NCBI GenBank assembly: GCA_016190005.1
Contig: JACPRK010000146.1
Span: 12,518-76,517 of the forward strand
Source: Candidatus Wallbacteria bacterium
GTDB lineage: Bacteria > Muiribacteriota > UBA6191 > JACPRK01
Direction of reading: 5' to 3'
DNA: 64,000 bases
A program made the translations under genes and the position numbers. This document shows, one piece after another, positions 28,704 through 36,647 of this stretch; within the stretch, counting starts at the first letter, position 1, and each line of letters opens with the position of its first letter. A model generated the notes under the pieces. The model was given only the letters and a program-made list of their open reading frames with translations, ran no database searches and had not been told where the DNA came from.

Positions 28704-30155
28704 ATGCGATACAAGGTGGTCGCGTACACGCTGCTCAATGCGGTGGCCCTGCTGGGCGTCATTGTACTCGGAGTGCAGCTGATGGGGCAAAGGGAGGAGG
28801 AGGTTTCCGAGAGGCTGCGGTTGGGCAGCGAGTTTCGTAGCGTCCGGAAAATCCACCGACTGGTACTCGAGTCCGTTCACATCGCCGACGAAGTGCTAGT
28901 CGAATCCTCCGGACAGGACGTTCCTCGCTATCAGGCCGTCATTCAGGCCGCGGAGAAAGAGGCCGATCTTCTCGCGGACTTGCCTCCCACTCCTACAACA
29001 ACGAAGGCGCTTCTGAAGTGGAAGCAGGAGAACAGCGAGTTCGAGAGTCTTCTCCGGAACGTACTCTCGGGTCCAAGGATGGGAGGCGCGACCGAGACGA
29101 CTCGCCTGTTCGAAACGGTCAAGAAGCAGGCTGCTGAGCAGACGAGCGTGTTGCAGGAGGTGGGTGACGGCCTGAGCGAGCGAATAGTCGAGAGCGATTC
29201 GCGACTCCGTGGGGGGATTGGCCGGACCTGGACCCAGGTCGTCTTGCTCTCTCTCCTTCCGTTTGGCGCTCTTCTTGTGTTGATCGTCTCGTTCACTCGG
29301 CGGCTGAGCGAACAGGTGCAGAAACTCACTTACGGATTCGAGCAACTCGCTGCAGGTAACTTCCAGGTGCGTCTGGCCGTCGAGGCCGGGACGAGCGCCG
29401 GCGCCTCGGAGCTATCGGCGTTGCTGCATTCCTTCGATCGCTCGGCCGGGGAGCTGGAGAAGTACAGCCGGATGCGATCTCAGTTCCTATCGATGGCCGC
29501 ACACGACCTGCGATCCCCTCTCTCGACGTTGCTCATGGCCGCGCGTTCGCTGGAAGAGCCTGGCTGCCCGGAGGCACGCAGGGCGAGGAGCCTGTCGGTC
29601 ATCCGCCGCAAGTCCGAGCAGCTCTTGAAGCTGGCCGACACGATGCTGGATGGGGCTTTCCTGGAGCTGGGTCGAATCGAGCTCCTGCTGGCGCGCGTCG
29701 ACCTCGGCGAGCTGATGAAGCGGTGTGCCGAGGATATCGAGGAACGGGCCGCCCAGAGACAGCAAAAGCTGCGGGTCGAGCCGTTTCCGGGGGACCCCTT
29801 CCTTTGGTGCGATCCTGTCAAGCTCTACCAGATCCTGGAGAACCTCTTGAGTAACGCAGTCAAGTACTCGGTGGAGAGCGACACCATCATTCTGGGGGCC
29901 TCCGAATTGGACGGCGGCACGGTGTTGTTCCGTGTGGAGGACCACGGTCCCGGAGTTCCGGAGGCCGACCGAAAAGAGATGTTCGAGCCATGGCGGCGCC
30001 TCACCGGAGTGCAGGGGCCGGTCGAAGGGACGGGGCTCGGCCTGGCGATTTGCAGGGCATTCGTGCGCGCCCACGGCGGATCGATCTGGGTCGAGAGCGA
30101 GGTAGGAGTCGGCTGCCGCGTATGCTTCACGATCTCCCGGCAGCACGACGCGTAA
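28704..30155 (+). CDS. Membrane sensor histidine kinase (2 TM, HAMP, HisKA, HATPase)
   Basis: AAHDLRSPL, NLLSNAVKY, DHGPG, GTGLGLAI; no cognate regulator adjacent. Confidence 0.9.
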   Translation: MRYKVVAYTLLNAVALLGVIVLGVQLMGQREEEVSERLRLGSEFRSVRKIHRLVLESVHIADEVLVESSGQDVPRYQAVIQAAEKEADLLADLPPTPTTTKALLKWKQENSEFESLLRNVLSGPRMGGATETTRLFETVKKQAAEQTSVLQEVGDGLSERIVESDSRLRGGIGRTWTQVVLLSLLPFGALLVLIVSFTRRLSEQVQKLTYGFEQLAAGNFQVRLAVEAGTSAGASELSALLHSFDRSAGELEKYSRMRSQFLSMAAHDLRSPLSTLLMAARSLEEPGCPEARRARSLSVIRRKSEQLLKLADTMLDGAFLELGRIELLLARVDLGELMKRCAEDIEERAAQRQQKLRVEPFPGDPFLWCDPVKLYQILENLLSNAVKYSVESDTIILGASELDGGTVLFRVEDHGPGVPEADRKEMFEPWRRLTGVQGPVEGTGLGLAICRAFVRAHGGSIWVESEVGVGCRVCFTISRQHDA

Positions 30156-30339
30156 TCGCACGACTCTCGGATGGGTGGCAGGCGGGCTCATTGATAGCGG
30201 TACGATGGAGATGCCGCGCCGCATCCTTCTGAATGAGCTCGAGATCCCGACGGGCCTGGCATCCTGACGACGAGCCGGCTTCGGCGCCCGGCGCTACCCC
30301 GGAATCCGGCCCTTCCCGCGCTCGAAGCTCCACTTGAGG

Positions 30340-31108
30340 GCTGGTGGCGTCATCATCGTCGTTAGGATGACCATGATGACGACCGCGGATAAGGGTCGTG
30401 GCGTCGATGACCGGCTTGCCGTCGAGTGACAGCGACATGCCGATGCTTGTGAAGCCGAGGCCGACTTCGCCGCCTGAGATCATACAGATGCCGATAGAGA
30501 ACCCGCTCAGGTTCGTTCCGAGCACGCCTAGCGCGTACGCCTGCTTTCCCGCGATGGCGGCGGCCGTGAACAGCAAGGCCAGCCAAAGGACCTGTAGACT
30601 TGCGAACGCGGTGAGATCCACCCGCATCCCCATCATCACGAAGAAGATCGGCACCTGAAGCGCCGCGATCGGCTCCATCGGAAAGGCGCCGGAAATGGAC
30701 CTCTTCCAGGATGAGGCCAGCCGCATAGGCTCCGACGAGCGGCGCCATGCCGACCTGGGCCACGGCCCAAGAGAGCGAGAGGCAGACGGCCAGCGATGCG
30801 GCGAGAAGTACGCCGTGGCCGTGCAGGTAGGAGGCCAGCAAGAAGAACCTGGCGGAGAGGAGCATGCCGATGCCGAGACCGCCGACCAGGAAGATCGCGG
30901 CCTTCGCGACCATCCATCCGACCTGGTCGAGTACTAGATCTTCGCCTGTGGAGGCGGCCTGGATGGCGCCGGTCCCGACGGCCAGGATGACCAGCCCGAG
31001 CACATCGTCGATGACCGCTGCGCCCAGGATTACCCGGGGCCTCGGCGGTCTGCGAACGCCCTAGGTCACGCAGCACCCGCGCCGTGATGCCTACGCTCGT
31101 GGCGGCGA
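30340..31108 (-). pseudogene. Cation:proton antiporter (CPA2/KefB-like), frameshifted and 5'-truncated
   Basis: AATSVGITARVLRDLG, LGLVILAV...GAYAAGLILE and VPIFFVMMG...GEVGL are split over three frames. Confidence 0.8.
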
Positions 31109-31392
31109 GGTGGATAGGTGGTTCAAACTGCGGTCTCTGCAGAATGGGTGGGCGGCCCTGGTAGCGGTGGGGGTAGGCCTCGGAGAGCTGCGAAGTCGTT
31201 GGAAGGCATGAGCCAGGGAGAGGATGCCGGGAGGGGGCCGTCTTGTAGCCGGGCGGCCGTCCGAGGTAGGCCGAAGCAGCCGCGGAGCAGGTGTCAGGCG
31301 GCGCGGGTTGGCGTGAAGAGCTCCTCGGCAGAGGCGGTTGGTCTCGGGACTTGGCACCTGCGGTCCGCACGAGCAGGGTTGTCTGCCCCGCT

Positions 31393-31430
31393 GGTTGGGC
31401 TCGACCACGATCCGCGAGCGCAGCCGGGCG
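31393..31430. repeat. 38-bp direct repeat, copy 1 (copy 2 at 33362-33399)
   Basis: ggttgggctcgaccacga[t/c]ccgcgagc[g/a]cagccgggcg, 2 mismatches. Confidence 0.8.
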
Positions 31431-31490
31431 GAGAGAATCGTTTGAACATGTGCCATGCAATCCCGATTTACGGCGTTCCAGCCTCTCGAG

Positions 31491-32975
31491 TCATCGAACC
31501 GGGGCCGCCGGCTGCTTGCGGGCGGCCCTCAGGCCCTTCACCTCGACCTGCAGTTTCTTCGAGGCTTCCGCCTGCCCATGCCGCAGGAGGAAGGCTGCGT
31601 ACTCGATCAGGATGCTCCCCAGGAGGGCGTCCTTCTTCTCTCTCCCCATGCTCGACGCTTTCTCGAAGGCCGCAGACGCCTTGTCCGTCTGGCCGTTGAT
31701 ATCGAGGAGAGTGGCGCGGACGGCGATGTTCCAGGGCAGCCCTTCTCCTCCCGCTTTCTGGCGGATCGCGAGCGCCCTCTTGAACAGCGGCACCGCTTCC
31801 TTGATTTGCTTCATCTCTGCCAGGACCAGGCTTTGCAACTCGAGGGGCCAGGCCAGGGCCAGGGAGTCGGCGCCGGAGGACCGGGTGCCCAGAGCCACCG
31901 ACTCCTCGAGGTGCTTCCGGGCCTGAGCCAGCTGGCCGGCTCGTCGCTCGGCCGATGCCAGCTTCCAGAGAATCGCGGATCTCGCCGCCAACTCTCCGGG
32001 GTTGTCCTTCATCCTTATCTCGTTGGCGCGGTTCAGGTGAGCGACAGACTTCGAGTATGCGGTCTCTTCGAACTCCTCGACGCCCAGCTGAACGAGGGCC
32101 CGCGCCAGCTCGTCCCGAGCCTCCCGTGTCATTTCGGAGCTCTCTCCGTGAATCTGGGCCATCATCCGCACCGACTTTTCGAAGGACTCGACCGCCTCCG
32201 CGTGGCGACCGAGTCCGGCCAGCGCGCGCCCCACGTTGAAGTGACCGAGCGCCTCGAGCTCTGGGTTTTTCGCGGTGATCGCCAGGTCACGAGCTTGCAT
32301 CTGGTGTTCCAGCGCGAGCTCGAACTTCCCCAACTCTTGCGCGGAGATTCCGATTCCGTAGTGGCTGGCACCACTCTCTGGATCGCTCACGTTGCCGGCC
32401 GCCGATCGAATGGTGAGCGCTCGCTGGAAGACCGGAATCGCCCGCTCGTGCTGCTTCATCGCACGCAGACAACTCCCGAGGTCGTCGAGAACCGGCGGGA
32501 GCCTCGGATCGTTCGGTCCGCCCTGTGCCGACCTGCTGGCCACCACCTGCTCCAGCACGGGGATGGCATCCGCCTCCCGGTGAACCGCGATCAGGCACCG
32601 CGAAAGGTTGTGCCGAGGTCCCTGGACCTCAGGAGCGAGCTCTCCCTTGAGTTTCGTGCGGATGCGCACACATTCGGTCAGCGATTCGATGGCCTCCTGA
32701 TGGTTGCCCGTGTTCATGAGAGCGACCCCGAGTTGACCGAGGGCCAGGGAGGCTTCATCGCTCCCGGGACCGAAGTGACTCTTCCAGAAGGCCGCGACCT
32801 CCCGCAGTGACGGAATCGCCCCCGCCGCGTCCCCTCCCATCAGCTGCTTGGTGGCCGCTTCGTAGATCCCATCCGATTCTTCGAGGGTCATGGCATGCAG
32901 CGGATGGCCAATCGTCGCCCAGACGATCAGCGACCAAGCCGCCCCCAGGAGTGTCCTCGTGAGATGGCTCCTCAT
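31491..32975 (-). CDS. Secreted TPR protein (42-aa kinesin-light-chain-type repeats)
   Basis: Signal peptide; repeats such as AIPVFQRALTIR, AVPLFKRALAIR. Confidence 0.85.
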   Translation of the reverse strand: MRSHLTRTLLGAAWSLIVWATIGHPLHAMTLEESDGIYEAATKQLMGGDAAGAIPSLREVAAFWKSHFGPGSDEASLALGQLGVALMNTGNHQEAIESLTECVRIRTKLKGELAPEVQGPRHNLSRCLIAVHREADAIPVLEQVVASRSAQGGPNDPRLPPVLDDLGSCLRAMKQHERAIPVFQRALTIRSAAGNVSDPESGASHYGIGISAQELGKFELALEHQMQARDLAITAKNPELEALGHFNVGRALAGLGRHAEAVESFEKSVRMMAQIHGESSEMTREARDELARALVQLGVEEFEETAYSKSVAHLNRANEIRMKDNPGELAARSAILWKLASAERRAGQLAQARKHLEESVALGTRSSGADSLALAWPLELQSLVLAEMKQIKEAVPLFKRALAIRQKAGGEGLPWNIAVRATLLDINGQTDKASAAFEKASSMGREKKDALLGSILIEYAAFLLRHGQAEASKKLQVEVKGLRAARKQPAAPVR

Positions 32976-33116
32976 CCGTCGTCACCTGCCCCTTCAGTAC
33001 GCAGTCGCGGCTTCACTCTCAGTAATGGGTCAAGGGTACCATCGACCGAGGAGGCAATGAGGACAGGTGGTCGTGGTGACCGGACCGGCGACGCCACGAC
33101 GTCTACGGGCTTCTGA

Positions 33117-33400
33117 CTATGGCTTCCCTCGGTACGCCGTCAGGGTGCCCCAGCAGATCCCGGTGTTGGGCAGGGCCGGCTCGGGACGATAGGGGCACGG
33201 CTGCTTCCTTCCCACGACAGACAGCTTCTGACCGAAAACGATCCGCGTCGTGAAGGGCATCGGCAGCCCCCTGCGAAGTACATAGTGCTGGTAGGCCATC
33301 TCCCAGATGGGGCCGAACTGGCCACGACCCGATGCGCTGATCTTCATCCAACTGGAGCGCGGGTTGGGCTCGACCACGACCCGCGAGCACAGCCGGGCGT
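33117..33400 (-). pseudogene. C-terminal remnant resembling alginate-lyase (PF05426)-like proteins
   Basis: ISASGRGQFGPIWEMAYQHYVLRRGLPMPFT...RPE...WGTLT; no credible N-terminus. Confidence 0.5.
33362..33399. repeat. 38-bp direct repeat, copy 2
   Basis: Matches 31393-31430 at 36 of 38 positions. Confidence 0.8.
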
Positions 33401-33606
33401 TGGGCGCGTTGACCCCGGTGTCACCGGGGTCGTGGCGAGCTTTTCGTAGGACTCGCGGTGGCGGCCTTCCTTGCCAGCATCCCCGTCGGGCGAATGCTCG
33501 ATCAGAGGCGCAGAAAGAGCCGCTCGCCCGTATCGACCGCGGGTTGGGCAACTGCCCGCAAACCGATACCTTCCGGACCACCGACCTCCGGCAGCGAGGA
33601 CTCCGT

Positions 33607-34209
33607 CTAGTAGTCCTCGTTGATCTGGGCCGCGTCCCAGAGCTCGCGGTACTTCCCCTGCACGTAGGGGTCGAGCCGCTGGGCGTAGTCGAGCCCCAGC
33701 GCATTCGCGCGGATGAGCTGGATCACGTCGTCCAAGTCGCGGGGGCGATGCGGCGCCGTCATGCCGCTGGCGAGCTTCAGCTCCAGCAGTACCGTTAGCG
33801 GGAGCACGGGCATCCCGTCTGCGCTGGCTTCGGACGCCCGCGCCGGGTCGGGAAAGGCCACGGGCTTCGGCTTGCCGTCGCCGGGATAGCCGCCCGTCAG
33901 CAGGATGTCGATCTTGACGTTGTCCTGCGTATCTCGTATTGCCTTGGAGCCAGGAAAGACCTCGACCCAGCCGCGGCCCAGCCATCGTTCCTTGAAACGC
34001 CGCAGACCCTCCGCTGTGAGGAGGACGTCCACATCGGCCGTCGTGCGGTGGTAGCCGTGGATGTTGGCCGCGAGCGCTCCAGCGATGGCAAAGGGGATAT
34101 CGAGGTCCTTGAGCGCCTGCGCCAGCCGGGTGGCAGTCCGGTGGATTGGAGATTTTCCCATGAAGAATTCATCGGCCCTTCGTAGAACTTCCGACATCGT
34201 GAAGTGCAC
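33607..34209 (-). CDS. Pol-beta-superfamily nucleotidyltransferase-like protein
   Basis: AIAGALAANIHGYHRTTADVDVLL; LLELKL...RPRDLDDV. Confidence 0.8.
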   Translation of the reverse strand: MHFTMSEVLRRADEFFMGKSPIHRTATRLAQALKDLDIPFAIAGALAANIHGYHRTTADVDVLLTAEGLRRFKERWLGRGWVEVFPGSKAIRDTQDNVKIDILLTGGYPGDGKPKPVAFPDPARASEASADGMPVLPLTVLLELKLASGMTAPHRPRDLDDVIQLIRANALGLDYAQRLDPYVQGKYRELWDAAQINEDY

Positions 34210-34374
34210 GATCGAAATGTACCACGCCGTCCTCGGACCTCAGGGGCCACCGGTCGGACTCGGAGTGCGACCTCCAATTCACGGGCCCCTGGCCTCGCGT
34301 GACCTCCAGGTCACTTGCCGCGGCAGCCGATGGCCCGAAAAGCCGCTTGGAAGTCCCGTTCGGCGGTGTCCGGT

Positions 34375-34645
34375 ACGGAAACGTCGTGAAGGTCTTGGCC
34401 CTGGAGGAGGGCGCCGGGGCGATCGTCTACGAGCTGCTGGATGGTGAAACGCTGGCCCAGCAGGTGGAGCGAGAGGGTCGACTGAATCTCGAAGATGCGT
34501 TGAGTCTTTGCCTTCAAGCGGCGCAAGCGCTGGCGGAAGTCCACCGACGCGGCATCTTGCACCGGGACGTGAAGTCGCAGAACCTTCTCGTGACACCTGA
34601 AGGCGTCTTCAAGCTGCTCGACTTCGGTCTCGCGTTCTCGGATGA
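34375..34645 (+). pseudogene. Ser/Thr kinase internal fragment
   Basis: NVVKV...ELLDGETL...HRDVKSQNLL...DFGLA; lacks the Gly loop, VAIK and APE. Confidence 0.75.
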
Positions 34646-34680
34646 TCCGTCGGCAGGCGACGGGCGGCGCGGCTTCCGGG

Positions 34681-35418
34681 CTAACGCTTCCGCAGCACCA
34701 CCAGGCGGCGGGTGTCGGAGTGGAGGCGCTCCAGGGCGAAGAAGCGGGCGAGCCAGTCGAAGGTGCGGTCGCTGTAGAAGGCGACGTGGGTCTCGTCGCG
34801 CAGGTACCACCAGGAGGCGAGCTCGAGGCCCGGGCGGACCAGCTCCGTCATCACCACCAGCAGCCCGCGCGGGGCCAGCAACTCCACGACGGCGGCCACG
34901 TCTCGCCCGGGCGACTGGAAGTGCTCGAAGACCTCGGTCGCCGTAATGGCGTCGAAAGGTCCTTCGGGTCGTGGCGCCGGGAAGAAGAGCGGATCGTAGC
35001 GGCTGACCGCGAAGCCGCGCTCTTGCAGCATCCCGGCCAGCACCGGCTCGGGCCCGCAGCCGAAATCGAGAACGCGTGCAGGAACCGCCAGGCGCGCCTG
35101 GAGCGCCTCCATCGCCGGCGTCAGGAACGCGACGTAGCCCTCATCGTCCGGCCGGTTCCGGTGCTTGGCGTAACGCGCCCTGCACCGCTCCTCGGAGGGA
35201 TGCCCCCTCGGCGGCACGAATAGCAGATCGCACACGCCGCAGCGAAGCAACTGCCTCCCGAACGCGGTGAGCGCCGGCCCCGCCGCCTCCCCGCAGAGCG
35301 GGCAGCCGAGGGTTTCCTGAGTCGCGTTCCTGGTGGGCGTCGGGGCCGGAGTCACGGGAGCCGGGGGCTCCCTGCGATTCCGTCGCGCCGCACTGCCCCG
35401 CGCCGGGGAGCTCTTCAT
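34681..35418 (-). CDS. Class I SAM-dependent methyltransferase with N-terminal Cys4 zinc motif
   Basis: CPLC...CGVC; VLDFGCGP; EVFEHF; WWYLRDETHV. Confidence 0.85.
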   Translation of the reverse strand: MKSSPARGSAARRNRREPPAPVTPAPTPTRNATQETLGCPLCGEAAGPALTAFGRQLLRCGVCDLLFVPPRGHPSEERCRARYAKHRNRPDDEGYVAFLTPAMEALQARLAVPARVLDFGCGPEPVLAGMLQERGFAVSRYDPLFFPAPRPEGPFDAITATEVFEHFQSPGRDVAAVVELLAPRGLLVVMTELVRPGLELASWWYLRDETHVAFYSDRTFDWLARFFALERLHSDTRRLVVLRKR

Positions 35419-36389
35419 CGCAGCCAGAGCAGCACCAGCAGGCCGCCGATGTAGCAGGCCGTCAGGCCGGCCGCAGCAATCCGGTCCGCCAGCCGGGCGC
35501 GCTCGAGCTGGCCGCGGTCCTTCGCCCGAATGACGAAGATTGTCTCCACGAGCGCTGCCAGGATGATGAGGTAAGCGAGGTTGTACACCTTGTCCATGAG
35601 CACGAGGTAGCCCACGTTCGGCAGATCGGAGCCCTCCGCCAGGTGAAGCGCGATGATCGACAAGAGGCTCGTGATCACGATTCCGATCCGCGCATCGACG
35701 TACTCAGGCATCAGCAAGAACGCGAGGAACGTGGAGAGGATGATCACGCTGATCGGCAGCAGGATGCGGATCAGATAGGCCCGCCGGGACCGCTCGACCG
35801 CGAGGCCGTACACCAGGCGCGCGTAGCTCTCCGTCCCCGAGGAGCGGCGCACATCGCCGAAGTGGCTGTCGTACCGGGCGACCGAGACCTCGCGGATCTG
35901 ACCGGAGATCTCCCAACCCGGGAGTTTCAACTCGGGGTTGAAACCGGTGTCGCGCTCGTCCAGCACGTACACCAGGTCGGACGTCTCGTTGCGCGTCTCC
36001 TCGAGCCGCACCACGATCTGCTGGCGGTCCAGCGGGTAGTCCCAGAGCTCGAACTTGCGATTGAACTTACCCTGGATGCGGAAGACCTGGTAGTGCTCTC
36101 CGGACGGCAGCAGGACCGGCTCGTCGTAGATCGCGTCCTTCGTCATGCCCCACTTCTCCACGACGTTGGTCATCTCGAAGCTGCGCGTCGGATCGATTGC
36201 CCCCTGCCAGCGGAACCAGAGATAGAAGTCCGCCGTGTAGATCGACGTCTTCATGTCGATGTCGTTGACGTTGACCAGGTAGACGCCGGTGTGGACCCGC
36301 TGGGGAGCGGCGGCGGCCGGGGCGGGGATGGCCAGCGCGGCAAGCAACATCCCCAGGAACAGGCCGCGGAACTCGGAGGGTAAGCGCAT
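35415..36389 (-). CDS. Prokaryotic pentameric ligand-gated ion channel (ELIC/GLIC-like)
   Basis: Signal peptide; YTADFYLWFRW; loop-7 YPLDRQ; LPGW; four TMs with RILLP (M1), ARIGIVITSLLSIIA (M2), LPNVGYL..MD (M2-M3). Confidence 0.88.
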   Translation of the reverse strand: MRLPSEFRGLFLGMLLAALAIPAPAAAAPQRVHTGVYLVNVNDIDMKTSIYTADFYLWFRWQGAIDPTRSFEMTNVVEKWGMTKDAIYDEPVLLPSGEHYQVFRIQGKFNRKFELWDYPLDRQQIVVRLEETRNETSDLVYVLDERDTGFNPELKLPGWEISGQIREVSVARYDSHFGDVRRSSGTESYARLVYGLAVERSRRAYLIRILLPISVIILSTFLAFLLMPEYVDARIGIVITSLLSIIALHLAEGSDLPNVGYLVLMDKVYNLAYLIILAALVETIFVIRAKDRGQLERARLADRIAAAGLTACYIGGLLVLLWLR

Positions 36390-36647
36390 CAGCGGATCGG
36401 CACGTGGTCGGCCTCACCCGGTCGGTCCGGATGCGGCAAGTGGCAAGCAGTGGCGACGATGACTTTCATGGCAGGGTTCCCGGCAACAGTCTACCGGAGT
36501 GGCGGCCACGGCAACGGTAAGCTCGTCGCTCGGATGGAGCCGAGCAGCGTCCGGGATTCGCTAGCTGCCGGGTCAATGCCTCTCCGGCTGAGCCCGCACC
36601 CCTGGCCTCCCCTCGTCCTCGCGCCGCGGATGCTACATTCCGAGGCG

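Noticed and set aside
31110-31390. Possible further gene remnant
   Set aside because: No recognisable motif in any frame I read
27200-34680. Integron cassette array
   Set aside because: GCCCAAC motifs occur near 33360-33550, but I found no convincing paired attC sites or integrase, and orientations are mixed
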